26,409 nt of DNA from Oligoflexales bacterium (GCA_041736175.1 JBGSUI010000163.1:1-26409), one strand, 5' to 3'; shown: positions 16,324-26,409, counted from the first letter of the stretch. The notes: generated from the letters alone by a model not told the origin. Numbers and translations: made by a program.

Positions 16324-18378
16324 ATGAACCCAACGCCTCTATTTAAACTGGCCTCAAGCTATACGCCCCAAGGCGACCAACCCGTGGCTATCGAAAAGAT
16401 CACCGAGGCTCTGCGCCGGGGCGATCCCCATCATATCCTGATGGGAGTTACGGGATCCGGTAAAACTTTTACCATGGCCAACGTGATCACCCGACTCGAA
16501 CGCCCAGCGCTGGTCATGGCACCCAATAAAACCCTCGCTGCCCAACTCTTCAGCGAATTCAAAACCCTGTTTCCAGAAAATGCCGTCGAGTACTTTATCA
16601 GCTACTACGACTACTACCAACCAGAAGCCTACGTCCCTTCCAGTGACACCTATATCGCCAAAGACTCCTCCATCAACGACGATATCGACAAGATGCGCCA
16701 TGCGGCCACCCGCTCCCTCTTCGAGCGTCGCGACACGATAATCGTCGCCAGCGTCAGCTGCATCTACGGCCTTGGGTCTCCCGAGTCCTACAGCCATCTT
16801 GTGGTGACCTTGCAAAAATCCCAAGCCTTGGGCCGCGATCAGCTGCTGCGTTCCCTGATCGACATCCAATATTCGCGCAATGACCACTCCCTGGTAAGGG
16901 GCCACTTTCGGGTCCGAGGCGATACCGTCGACGTCCTACCAGCCCACCAACGGGACGAAGCAGTACGGATCGAATTCTTCGGGGACGAGATCGATGCGCT
17001 TTCAGTGATCGACGTGCTCACGGGAAAAACCCTAAGGCAAGTGGATGAAATCTCCATCTATCCCTCCAGTCACTATGTGACCGACCGCAAAGATATGTCA
17101 GCCATCATCAAAGAAATCCTCAAAGACTTAGGAATCCGGCTAAGGGAGCTCAAAGCCGCCAACAAGCTGGTGGAATACCAACGCCTCGAACAGCGAACCA
17201 TGCACGATATCGAAACCATGGAACACATCGGCTACTGCCCAGGGGTCGAAAATTATTCCCGCTATCTGACAGGTGTGCCCCCTGGACACCCACCCCCGAC
17301 CCTGCTGGATTACTTTCCTAAAGACTTTATTACCATCGTCGACGAAAGCCATATTACGATCCCTCAAATCGGGGGCATGTTTCGGGGTGACCGCAGCCGC
17401 AAATCGGTCTTAGTGGAATTCGGTTTCCGCCTCCCTTCGGCCCTGGATAACCGCCCCCTTGAATTTGAAGAATTTTTGTCCCGGGCTCCCCAGATCCTCC
17501 ATGTATCGGCAACCCCTGGGAACTACGAACTCCAAGTTTGCCAGGGAAAATATACGGAACAGTTGATCCGACCGACCGGGCTGGTGGATCCTCGGATCGA
17601 AGTCCGCCCCGCTAAAGGCCAAGTGGACGACCTCTATGGAGCGATCCAAGAAGCCCTCGCCCGCAAAGGTCGAGTGCTGGTCACCACCCTGACTAAAAAA
17701 ATGTCCGAAGAGCTAAGCCGCTACTACATGGAAATGGGCCTTAAGGTGCGCTACCTCCATTCGGATATCGAAAGCCTCGAACGGGTGGAGCTTCTACGGG
17801 ACCTGCGCAAAGGAGTCTTTGATGTGCTCGTCGGTATCAATCTCCTTCGGGAAGGACTTGATCTGCCCGAAGTGAGTCTCGTGGCCGTTATGGACGCCGA
17901 CAAAGAGGGTTTTCTCAGGTCGAGATCCTCTCTCATCCAGGTTGCAGGACGGGCGGCTCGAAATGCCGAGAGCAAAGTCATCTTTTACGCGGATCGCATC
18001 ACAGCTTCTATGAAAGCCTGCATGGATGAAACCGACCGGCGGCGCACGGTACAAGAGGAGTTTAACCTTAAGCACGGCATCACACCCCAAACCATCATCA
18101 AAAGTATTCCAGAAGATCTACGCAAAATCTACGGGCTCGACGAATCCCCAGAGTCTAAAACCCAAGACCAAACTCTGGGCGACCTTAAACAAAGCGGAGT
18201 TCACTCTGCCAAGGAGCTAGACCAGTTAATCCGTAAGAAACAGAAAGAAATGAAAGTCCACGCGGGCCAACTTGAATTCGAAAAGGCCGCCGAAGTTCGC
18301 GACGAGATCTCCCGACTACGGGATCTCCTCGTACAATTTGGCGATCTCGGCGCAGCCATCCATGAGGAGGAGCCTTAG
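16324..18378 (+). CDS. uvrB: Excinuclease ABC subunit B
   Basis: GDQP, GVTGSGKT, SYYDYYQPEAY, DESH, GINLLREGLDLPEV, GRAARN and C-terminal UVR motif LEFEKAAEVRD. Confidence 0.98.
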   Translation: MNPTPLFKLASSYTPQGDQPVAIEKITEALRRGDPHHILMGVTGSGKTFTMANVITRLERPALVMAPNKTLAAQLFSEFKTLFPENAVEYFISYYDYYQPEAYVPSSDTYIAKDSSINDDIDKMRHAATRSLFERRDTIIVASVSCIYGLGSPESYSHLVVTLQKSQALGRDQLLRSLIDIQYSRNDHSLVRGHFRVRGDTVDVLPAHQRDEAVRIEFFGDEIDALSVIDVLTGKTLRQVDEISIYPSSHYVTDRKDMSAIIKEILKDLGIRLRELKAANKLVEYQRLEQRTMHDIETMEHIGYCPGVENYSRYLTGVPPGHPPPTLLDYFPKDFITIVDESHITIPQIGGMFRGDRSRKSVLVEFGFRLPSALDNRPLEFEEFLSRAPQILHVSATPGNYELQVCQGKYTEQLIRPTGLVDPRIEVRPAKGQVDDLYGAIQEALARKGRVLVTTLTKKMSEELSRYYMEMGLKVRYLHSDIESLERVELLRDLRKGVFDVLVGINLLREGLDLPEVSLVAVMDADKEGFLRSRSSLIQVAGRAARNAESKVIFYADRITASMKACMDETDRRRTVQEEFNLKHGITPQTIIKSIPEDLRKIYGLDESPESKTQDQTLGDLKQSGVHSAKELDQLIRKKQKEMKVHAGQLEFEKAAEVRDEISRLRDLLVQFGDLGAAIHEEEP

Positions 18379-18381
18379 GTT

Positions 18382-21291
18382 GTGGCAACCCTAAAAGTAA
18401 GGGAAAAAATAACCACTCTGCCTAAAGAGCCCGGTTGTTACCTGATGAAAGACTCCCTCGGTCGAATCATCTATGTGGGTAAAGCAAAAAGCCTAAAGGC
18501 CCGGGTCAGCCAGTATTTCGGCACTGATCAGAGTTCGCTCAAGACCCGAGTGCTCGTGGAAAATATCGCTGATTTTGAGCTGATTATCACCCAGACCGAG
18601 GTGGAAGCCTTGCTCCTCGAACGGACTCTGATCAAACACCACAAACCTCGGTTTAATGTCCTCCTCAGGGACGACAAAGAGTATCCTTTCTTGCGGATCA
18701 ACTTCCAAGAACCCTGGCCACGGATCGAAAAAGTCCGACGCCGCAAAGACGACGGGGCCACCTACCTCGGACCATTTAGTAGTAGCGGCCAACTTCGCGT
18801 CCTTATGGATACTACCATGCGCATCTTTCCCCTCGTGCGCTGTAGCCGCCATGAGTTTGCCCAGGTGAGGCGTCCTTGTAACTATTACAATATGAAACTC
18901 TGCCTAGGCCCTTGCACCCTCCCCGTCCCCCCGGAGCAGTATCACTCGACCGTCCGCGACGCCGTAGATTTTCTATCGGGCAAATCTCAAGAAGTGCTGA
19001 AAACCATCACCTCCAAGATGCAGGCTGCCGCAACGGACGAACGCTATGAGCTTGCAGCCCTTTACCGGGACCAACTCAAAGCTTTCTCCAATATCACCGA
19101 AAAACAAAACGTGATTATGCAAGACCTACCCGACGCCGACGTCATCGGAGTCGTCCCCACGGAGCTTAAAACCTCCTTTCATGTCCTGACAATCCGCAAC
19201 CTCCAGCTGGTGGGCCAAGATAGTTTTGTGCTCCGCTCGGAAATCGCTGAGCCCGAAGATGCACTCGTCCAATTTTTATTGCAGTACTACGAAAGCCGCA
19301 GCCTCCCCCGGGAGTTGATCTTGCCTTTTGAACTCGCCGAGGGGGATCAACTTCGCCTCGCATTGCTCACAGGACACCCCGATGCGGTTCAGTTTACGAT
19401 GCAAAGTTCTAGCCGCGGGACGCGCAAAGATTTGGTCGCAATGGCCGAAAAAAATGCGGCCTATAAGTTGACCGAACTGGATATCCAAGCGGAGAATGCA
19501 AGGACAGAACTCCTGGTCCTCAAGGAAAAACTAAACCTCCATCATATCCCCAAACGGATGGAGTGTATCGATATCTCCAATATCCAGGGATCAGCTATTG
19601 TGGCCAGCAACGTCTGTTTTGTAGACGGTAGGCCCGCAAAAGAACTTTATCGCCATTACAATATCAAGTCGATCCAAGGGACCGCCGACGACTTTGGCTC
19701 CGTTGCCGAAGTCGTCGAACGACGCCTCGAACGAGGTATCAATGAAGGAGATCTCCCCCAGCTCCTGATTATCGATGGCGGCAAAGGGCAGCTAAAGGCT
19801 GCGTGGACCGTTCTTGAGGAGTTTAAAAAACACCACCCTCCCTCGTCCCTAGCCTTTGACCTGATCGCCCTGGCTAAAGCCAAGGGCCAAACACCCGATG
19901 GGGGGCGCGCGCGTCATGGTCCGATGCGGGCTTTTGAGCGGGTTTTTTTTGTGGGCCAAGAGGTTCCCCTCGCCCTTAACCCTGGGACGCCAGAATTTCG
20001 GCTATTGACCCAGATCCGGGACGAAGCCCACCGATTTGCCATTAGCCATCACCGCAAGGTCCGTTCTAAAAACGCTCTTACCTCGTCTTTGACCGAAATC
20101 CCTGGAATCGGCCTTAAGATGCAGCAGAAGCTGATCACCCAGTTCGGTAACTGGGACCGGCTGCGCACGGCTCCCTTAGAAGAGCTGGTCAAAGTGAAAG
20201 GACTCCGCAAAACCACTGCCGTTGCCCTCCATAGCCATCTGCAAAACCTACGGGAGGGGATTGAAGTCGACCCACAGGGGGAGACTCTGCAGGCTAAACA
20301 GGAAGGGCCTCCCCATGGGGAAGAGACCTTTGAGCTGGCCATCCGGATCAACCCCGGTGTGGAGGTGATGGAGGTGAGTAAACAATTAGTGATGAGTTTT
20401 TTGGAGGCCCACGGCTTTCCCGAATATGTGGAGGCCATGATCGACGGCATCCAAGACTCCCTGCCCGAAAAGCCCGAAGACCTCTGGGACTTTGAGACCC
20501 ATGGGAACCAGGGTCACGCCCCACTTTTGGTCTTTCATCCGCAGCGAGAGATTCTTGAGGGGTTGGTGGCGTTGATAAAGGCTCAGTTTGGGGACGACAC
20601 CCTCACCACGGCGATCACGGCGATCAGCAATGAATCATGGCAGCAAGCTTGGGATCAAGATTTTGAGGAGATCCAAACCCAGAAGATTAGGGTGGTGGCC
20701 TACGACGAAAAGCTTGGGACCGAAGGCGAGCAACCTTTGATTGGTGGGTCTGGTCAAAACATAAATATTTTTATCAAACCAGGCAAAGCCTTTGGGGATG
20801 GGCGCCATAAAACCACACGAGTTTGTTTAGAGATGTTGGATGACATCACCGTGGAAGTGGAGGGAAACTCCTACGCCTTGGATGTCGGCACAGGAAATGG
20901 GATTCTGGCCGTGGCGGAGAGCCTCTTAGGCTTTAAAACGGTGGTCCTAACGGATTTAAGCCCCGAGATCATCGCCGAGGCAGCGTTCCATGGACAGCTC
21001 CACCATGTGGAGCAAGGCTGGCAAACCCATGTCACCGACCAAATCCCGCCCAGCCCCTCAGGACGGGGTTATGATTTGATCACCGCCAATATCCTCGCTC
21101 CGATCCTGCACCAGCTCTTAGCGGACATGGCACAGCAACTCGCCCCCCAAGGGTCTCTGATCTTAGCGGGGTTTATTCGTAAAGAAGCTGGACCACTGAT
21201 CGAGCTGGGCAAAAAGTTAGGGCTCTCTGTAGTTGCTGAACGGGAATGTCAAGGCTGGGTAGGGTTGAGGTTGCAGTGGACCAGTCTTTAA
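18382..21291 (+). CDS. uvrC: Excinuclease ABC subunit C fused to a PrmA-like class I SAM methyltransferase
   Basis: GIY-YIG (PGCYLM...IYVGKAK), UVR, RNaseH-like (ECIDISN, IDGGKGQ, RDEAHRFA) and HhH to about 20240. Then in frame SWQQAW, IKPGKAFGDGRHKTT, LDVGTGNGIL, DLITANILA. Confidence 0.93.
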   Translation: MATLKVREKITTLPKEPGCYLMKDSLGRIIYVGKAKSLKARVSQYFGTDQSSLKTRVLVENIADFELIITQTEVEALLLERTLIKHHKPRFNVLLRDDKEYPFLRINFQEPWPRIEKVRRRKDDGATYLGPFSSSGQLRVLMDTTMRIFPLVRCSRHEFAQVRRPCNYYNMKLCLGPCTLPVPPEQYHSTVRDAVDFLSGKSQEVLKTITSKMQAAATDERYELAALYRDQLKAFSNITEKQNVIMQDLPDADVIGVVPTELKTSFHVLTIRNLQLVGQDSFVLRSEIAEPEDALVQFLLQYYESRSLPRELILPFELAEGDQLRLALLTGHPDAVQFTMQSSSRGTRKDLVAMAEKNAAYKLTELDIQAENARTELLVLKEKLNLHHIPKRMECIDISNIQGSAIVASNVCFVDGRPAKELYRHYNIKSIQGTADDFGSVAEVVERRLERGINEGDLPQLLIIDGGKGQLKAAWTVLEEFKKHHPPSSLAFDLIALAKAKGQTPDGGRARHGPMRAFERVFFVGQEVPLALNPGTPEFRLLTQIRDEAHRFAISHHRKVRSKNALTSSLTEIPGIGLKMQQKLITQFGNWDRLRTAPLEELVKVKGLRKTTAVALHSHLQNLREGIEVDPQGETLQAKQEGPPHGEETFELAIRINPGVEVMEVSKQLVMSFLEAHGFPEYVEAMIDGIQDSLPEKPEDLWDFETHGNQGHAPLLVFHPQREILEGLVALIKAQFGDDTLTTAITAISNESWQQAWDQDFEEIQTQKIRVVAYDEKLGTEGEQPLIGGSGQNINIFIKPGKAFGDGRHKTTRVCLEMLDDITVEVEGNSYALDVGTGNGILAVAESLLGFKTVVLTDLSPEIIAEAAFHGQLHHVEQGWQTHVTDQIPPSPSGRGYDLITANILAPILHQLLADMAQQLAPQGSLILAGFIRKEAGPLIELGKKLGLSVVAERECQGWVGLRLQWTSL

Positions 21292-21539
21292 AGTTAGTTG
21301 AGTCCAAACCTTCAGCAGGTGCATCTATATGTTAATGCTCTCCCGGACTGGCCTGAAATCATATTCTACCGGTCATCACCAAAATTTATAACCAAATTTA
21401 AAGTTAAATCAGACCAAAATTCCATGTCATATTGGTTGTTTAGATCTTCAACTTAATTTAAATAAATATTCGCGCACTAACCTCCGAAACCTTTTGCAAG
21501 TCGGCTCGATTGGTCGACTCAAACTTTTGGAGGAATAAG

Positions 21540-22952
21540 ATGCCCATAGGTAAACCATTTATTAGTGTATCGATTTTTTTATTAATCTCTGCTTGTGGTA
21601 CGAGCAAAATGGACAAATTTTCTTCGTTACCCAAAGATTCACAGGACAACAATGACACCGAAGCGACCGCTAACCCATCTACCGGTGACGCCATTCCAGA
21701 TAAACCAACAGTACCAGAAAACACTAATAACCCAAACAATGATCTACCTTCAGACCCTCAAAAGGACTCCACTGCTGGCCAAACTCCCTTGCCCGCCGAT
21801 CCAACCAACCAACAAAGCTTACCACCTACACCTTCACCAGAAGGCCCACCGGTCACTCAGCCAGAACCTCCTACCACGGTACCTACCCCCACTCCTTCAG
21901 AGCCAATCGATACAGACGCCAATCATTGTAGTGGGGTTGTGGATCAGTGTCCCGTAACCGGTGGGATAACATGGCATTGTAAAAAACGCTTCCTCCATGG
22001 CATCAACTATGCTTGGCATAACTTTGGCGGAGACTTTGGGGGAATTGCACCTTGGGGCCAAAAAGGTATTGCCGCAACACCAGCAATCGATACCGAATTA
22101 GCCGATATGAAGGCCAACGGTGCCCACGTCATCAGGTGGTGGATGATGCCTGATTTTCGCGGCGATGGGGTCGTTTTTGATGCAAACGATAAACCCATTG
22201 GCTTAGGTCCAACCTTTCTAAACGACCTCAATGGGGCCTTGGCACTAGCCGAAAAACACGATTTGTATTTGATGTTAACTATTTTTTCTTTTGATAATTT
22301 TAAACCGACAACTACAAGTGGCGGTATCAAGATTCGTGGCCTAAACCCTTTAATCATGGACCCCACAAAAAGGGCTGCTTTACTCCAAAACGTCATTCGT
22401 CCGATGGCTCGGGCCGTGCAAGCTAGCCCCCTTAAAAAAAGGCTCATAACCTGGGAAGTCATTAATGAGCCCGAATGGGCGATAGTTGGTTCGAGCAAGT
22501 ACGGGGACCCAAATTTTGATTGTAATACATCCCTTCAGTGTGTTTCCCACGATCAAATGGAGAGCTTTTTAGGTGATGTGATCGGCGTTCTAAAGGCAGA
22601 AAGCAAGGCTCTTATTTCGGTAGGTGGAGCTGCAATAAAATGGAAAAATGCCTGGTCAAAGCTCAAGTTAGATTATTATCAATTCCACACCTATGATTGG
22701 GTTGATCAGTACTATCCCTACTCTAGGTCGCCAGCTCAATACGGCGTGACCGACAAACCCGTGGTCATGGGAGAATACCCACTCAATGGACTACCTAATA
22801 TTCCTGTTCCTAATATGTTAAATAGCTATATTACCAACGGCTATGGTGGAGCGCTTGGCTGGTCTGTGACCGATGCAGCTTTTAACTGGGCTGGCAATAA
22901 AATCAATATTAAAAAATTTGCTGACAAGTATCCCTGCGAAACTCATTTTTAA
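21540..22952 (+). CDS. Lipoprotein glycoside hydrolase, clan GH-A (GH5-like), with Pro/Thr-rich linker
   Basis: GGAGG RBS before ATG 21540; lipobox ISAC; P/T/N-rich linker; FLHGINYAW, WEVINEPE (acid/base), QFHTY, VVMGEY (nucleophile), ALGWS. Confidence 0.85.
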   Translation: MPIGKPFISVSIFLLISACGTSKMDKFSSLPKDSQDNNDTEATANPSTGDAIPDKPTVPENTNNPNNDLPSDPQKDSTAGQTPLPADPTNQQSLPPTPSPEGPPVTQPEPPTTVPTPTPSEPIDTDANHCSGVVDQCPVTGGITWHCKKRFLHGINYAWHNFGGDFGGIAPWGQKGIAATPAIDTELADMKANGAHVIRWWMMPDFRGDGVVFDANDKPIGLGPTFLNDLNGALALAEKHDLYLMLTIFSFDNFKPTTTSGGIKIRGLNPLIMDPTKRAALLQNVIRPMARAVQASPLKKRLITWEVINEPEWAIVGSSKYGDPNFDCNTSLQCVSHDQMESFLGDVIGVLKAESKALISVGGAAIKWKNAWSKLKLDYYQFHTYDWVDQYYPYSRSPAQYGVTDKPVVMGEYPLNGLPNIPVPNMLNSYITNGYGGALGWSVTDAAFNWAGNKINIKKFADKYPCETHF

Positions 22953-23026
22953 ATCAGGAATAGCACTCTCCCGATGTGAAATACCGACCCCCTTTTGACA
23001 CCAAGAAGAAGGAGTTGATGTGATCA

Positions 23027-25030
23027 CTAGAAAAAATATCCAACACTCACCTCTCCTTCGCGCTGAAAGTCATTTTTTTGCCATTGAATTTTAGCAAAAA
23101 TATCGGACTTAAAGCTCCAGGTCGCAGTCCAATTAAAATCAGAGGTTCTTTTGCGGATTTGGTTAGCAAATCTTAGCCATGAAGGTTGCCATTCCAATGC
23201 CAGTTCTAATGACTCATTTGCATTGACTGCAAAGGGGCGCCACCTGATCCCCGAAAGGAATCCTGAGGAAGCAAAAATCCTTTTTGCGGCAGCAAATTCG
23301 TTGCCGGCAATTACAAAAGGTATCAAGTTAACGATTAAACTCTGAGAATGATAGCCCAATGTGAGACCACCACCTAGACGAACATAAAAATCCTGATTTC
23401 GAGTTGGCAGCAATTGAGATTCTGCCAGCAAAGTGTCCGTTCCCACGGCAAACTCCCAAGACCAAAGGTCGAGCAAAGGGGTATAAAAAGGATGGGAAGA
23501 CATGGATATTAAAGTAAATTTATTTATTTCCGCGTACTTATCTGATAGGTGCGCTTCGACCCCAAGAAGCGCAATCGCATTTTGGCGTCCAATCCCTATA
23601 TTTGGCTCGCCAAATTCGTGAAAGCTAGGCCTTATCTTGATGATGGCACCTGTGAGATTTTCTGACTCCCTTACAAATAACCCGGTGGAAAAGAGACTTT
23701 CGTGATGGGCCTTCTCTGGACCACTTATTTTTGTCTCGCCATTATTGGGCCTGACCTCTGGTTCTCCTGGACCTAAACTTGATCTCGCTACCAGGATTTC
23801 GTGGCGGAGAGAACCATAATTGGCAGATTGACGGTTGCCAGCCAGGCGCTCTTGATAATCGATATAATCAGCAAAAACATCAAGCATGCGTCGCCACTGA
23901 CTCAAACTGATTGGAGGCTGCATCTTTTGCAAGGCCCCCTCCTTAAGAGAGGCAAATATAAGGTGTCGTTCGGGAGGCGTGAGCTCTTGAGATTTATGCA
24001 AACATTGATTGTACATGGAGGGTCGTAAAACTTTTTCGGAAATCAACTGTGCATCTTCGAGTTTTCGCACGAATGAGAGCGGTGAGGTCCAAAACTTTTG
24101 CGCTAATGGTGCGAAACGTGAGTCAGTTGCTGCTAAAAGTTTTTGCAACATTGCCGTGCAATTGGTGCTGTGATAATAGTATGGTATGCCAATATCTTTA
24201 ATTTCCCACAGGGCCATTAAGAGGTCACGAATTTGCTGTTGATTTAGTTTTATTTCGTATTCCCAAAGGTCGCGTTGCTCAAGAAAATTGTACTCCTGGA
24301 CCTTCATAAAGAAGGGATCTATGGTGAAATAGCCTTTAAAACCCCCTGTAAGACCTCGCCAAGCGTAGGCAAGGCTTAGCTCTGGAGTGTTGACGACGGC
24401 AGAAAAACCGACGGCAAGATCAAGCATGGTCGCATAATTTTTTTCGAGCACATGTTCCTGTTTGAGCAATAAGAAAGTATGCCCAAAATAGGAAGCTGGA
24501 TTGCCCATATACTGGGATGAGAATATAATCGAGGCCGCAGCCAGAGGTGTGGCTTTAAGAAAACTGCTTATAGTTGGACAGCGTTCTTCGACCCTTGGTG
24601 CAAGGTTGGTAATTAATCCAACTCTTTTGAGCCAGGTATACCGCCAAGGAAACCGACAGATCACACCCTGATCTTGCTTGGGTAAATTTATGATCTCTTG
24701 CTGCACGAGATGACGAAAACCAGCTAATTCTGCTAGCTCATCCTTGTGGCCACCTGAAGTCACAAAAAATTTAGCATCAACGACCAAACTCTGGTCTTGT
24801 CCCCAAATTTTCTGGTCATAGTATAGGATTCGTTGCCATTGCTCACGATCAAAGTGTTGGGTAGCCAACGGTTCGGCACCCATCAGAGGATTGTTTGGAA
24901 TCCAAAAGAACAACAAGACAATGCAATCAAATAATCCTGCAGTTTTTTGCCAAATAAGGTTCTTTATGGAGCGTAGCCACCAATTGCTGCAGCGTTTCGT
25001 TACTATTATTGTCCGCAAAGATGGTAGCAA
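23027..25030 (-). CDS. DUF4105-domain (Lnb-like) protein, probable outer-membrane protein; start probably downstream of 25030
   Basis: WQRILYY, CRFPWRY, NPASYFGHTFL, EYNFLEQRDLWEY, YYYHSTNC; beta-rich C-terminus ending VSVGYFF. Confidence 0.8.
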   Translation of the reverse strand: MLPSLRTIIVTKRCSNWWLRSIKNLIWQKTAGLFDCIVLLFFWIPNNPLMGAEPLATQHFDREQWQRILYYDQKIWGQDQSLVVDAKFFVTSGGHKDELAELAGFRHLVQQEIINLPKQDQGVICRFPWRYTWLKRVGLITNLAPRVEERCPTISSFLKATPLAAASIIFSSQYMGNPASYFGHTFLLLKQEHVLEKNYATMLDLAVGFSAVVNTPELSLAYAWRGLTGGFKGYFTIDPFFMKVQEYNFLEQRDLWEYEIKLNQQQIRDLLMALWEIKDIGIPYYYHSTNCTAMLQKLLAATDSRFAPLAQKFWTSPLSFVRKLEDAQLISEKVLRPSMYNQCLHKSQELTPPERHLIFASLKEGALQKMQPPISLSQWRRMLDVFADYIDYQERLAGNRQSANYGSLRHEILVARSSLGPGEPEVRPNNGETKISGPEKAHHESLFSTGLFVRESENLTGAIIKIRPSFHEFGEPNIGIGRQNAIALLGVEAHLSDKYAEINKFTLISMSSHPFYTPLLDLWSWEFAVGTDTLLAESQLLPTRNQDFYVRLGGGLTLGYHSQSLIVNLIPFVIAGNEFAAAKRIFASSGFLSGIRWRPFAVNANESLELALEWQPSWLRFANQIRKRTSDFNWTATWSFKSDIFAKIQWQKNDFQREGEVSVGYFF

Positions 25031-25586
25031 AGTTTACCTGCATTGTTTGTGCAAAAGCAGCATGACCCATTTGCGTTCTACAGCCCATCAGCCAACTCAA
25101 AGCAGTGATATGCTCTCCCTGGCCCCTGACAGCTTCGCGCTCTAAAACATTCCTATTGATAGCAAGATAAAGCTCTTGCTCCATGACTGCAATCGATTTG
25201 GAATCATTAGGAGCACAATTACTGGTTCCAAATGTCATGCCGACCGTGGGCGACATGGCGAGTCCTCCGGCGGTGCCGCCCAAATACAGAACCAAACCGA
25301 GAGCCCCATTACTCCCATTGAGAGCTGCTATCAACATCGAAACTGCACCGGTCAATGCCGTTACATTTGGGAGGAGTCTAACCGATGTGATCCCTAATTG
25401 TGATAAGGGCGTATCATTGGGAAAAAGAGAGATCCCTCCGCCACAACCTGCCATCCCATAGAGCAATTTGGGCGACCTTGATGACTTCGAAGCCCCTTTG
25501 CCAAATCCTACAACAGGCACAAGCAATATATAAGCTACACTCAGAATGGCCAACACTTTTGTTATTGAATGGCCCTTAGTAAACAT
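24927..25586 (-). CDS. DUF3015-family secreted protein
   Basis: ATG 25586 after GAAGG; signal peptide; YGMAGCG, FGTSNC, EAVRGQGEHITALSWLMGC. Confidence 0.8.
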   Translation of the reverse strand: MFTKGHSITKVLAILSVAYILLVPVVGFGKGASKSSRSPKLLYGMAGCGGGISLFPNDTPLSQLGITSVRLLPNVTALTGAVSMLIAALNGSNGALGLVLYLGGTAGGLAMSPTVGMTFGTSNCAPNDSKSIAVMEQELYLAINRNVLEREAVRGQGEHITALSWLMGCRTQMGHAAFAQTMQVNFATIFADNNSNETLQQLVATLHKEPYLAKNCRII

Positions 25587-26138
25587 ATTCACAACCTTCT
25601 GCAATATCCTCCTGTAGACGGAGTTTGACATGGGTAGCCAAAAGTATATTTTCGACTCCCATTTGACCAAAAATCATAGGGAATTCTTTTTGCACTACTT
25701 TCTTAAAATTGGTGAGTTCATTGTTTTGACACCCAAAAGTAAAACCATAAGCGGTCAAAAACTCGCCGTCGCCCCGCGCGGCGTCTTTGGCAACCGCCAT
25801 TAAATTATTTTGCAAAAACTGTTGCTGTCTCACAATCGCGATGGGTAAGTGGGTCGCATTGCAATTAGAAGTGCCAGAGGAAATCCCAAAAGTTTGGTTA
25901 GATGTAGAATTATTAGTTGTGTAGGCTGGAACTTGGGTTAATAGTGATCTGTTATTCCCCAGAATAACAGAACCGAGTCCACAGCCGGTAGGCCCATACT
26001 TCTGGGGCGAAATGTTGGTGATTTTTTGATTTTTAATTTTTTTTTTGCCAAGGCGCTGTGACTTCCAAACAAAAAGATCCCACAGCCAAAAACTGTAATC
26101 AAAAATGATTGAAAAAAATATTTACTAAAAATTAACAA
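25576..26138 (-). pseudogene. DUF3015-family gene frameshifted at an A10 tract
   Basis: Signal peptide (...FGSHSALAKKK) from TTG 26138 after GGGAG is in one frame. YGPTGCGLGS...QTFGISSGTSNC...DAARGDGEFL is in another. The switch falls at T10, 26037-26046. Confidence 0.8.
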
Positions 26139-26409
26139 CAATGGCTCCCAAACACCTATTCTTGTCTGACTGGCCCAGCTTCTTTGATTGTAAGGTATCC
26201 AAATAGATAGTGCAATCAATACCGTTTTATACCACCGGCGAATTGACCCTTGCTGCGGGGCCAAAAAGTGGCTTCGACCACTCCGTCGGCCAAACTTACC
26301 AAAACCGTCGGTGATTATTCCGACTAAAGGCCATTAGGTCTGGCCACTGATGCCAGTCCCTATCGAAGCAAATAATTTTTTTGCAAACCTACATTTTTAG
26401 TCATTTTCG

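Noticed and set aside
22953..23026. Terminator between the convergent GH5-like and DUF4105 genes
   Set aside because: No convincing stem with a U-tract.

Overview
Bacterial chromosomal window. Gene content suggests Bdellovibrionota/Oligoflexia or a related deltaproteobacterial lineage (inference only). It has three parts. (1) 1-6860 is an accessory island beside hflX with no integrase or transposase visible. It holds an AAA+/DUF234-type ATPase, an XRE-HTH gene, a DUF4160 + BrnA-like pair, a class II Fic protein and a frameshifted small ORF. These are interleaved with a second, diverged hflX copy whose whole GTPase domain (about 473 bp) is replaced by about 2.6 kb of cargo. Three island genes have their own sigma70-like promoters overlapped by palindromic sites. 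(2) 6867-21291 is core: the alternative complex III operon actABCDEF followed by intact hflX on the minus strand, and divergent uvrB plus a single-ORF UvrC-PrmA-like fusion. (3) 21300-26409 is more AT-rich: a GH5-like lipoprotein and a convergent DUF3015-DUF3015-DUF4105 operon, whose first gene is split at an A10 tract. Family names come from motif recognition by eye and alignments were counted by hand; no searches were run.
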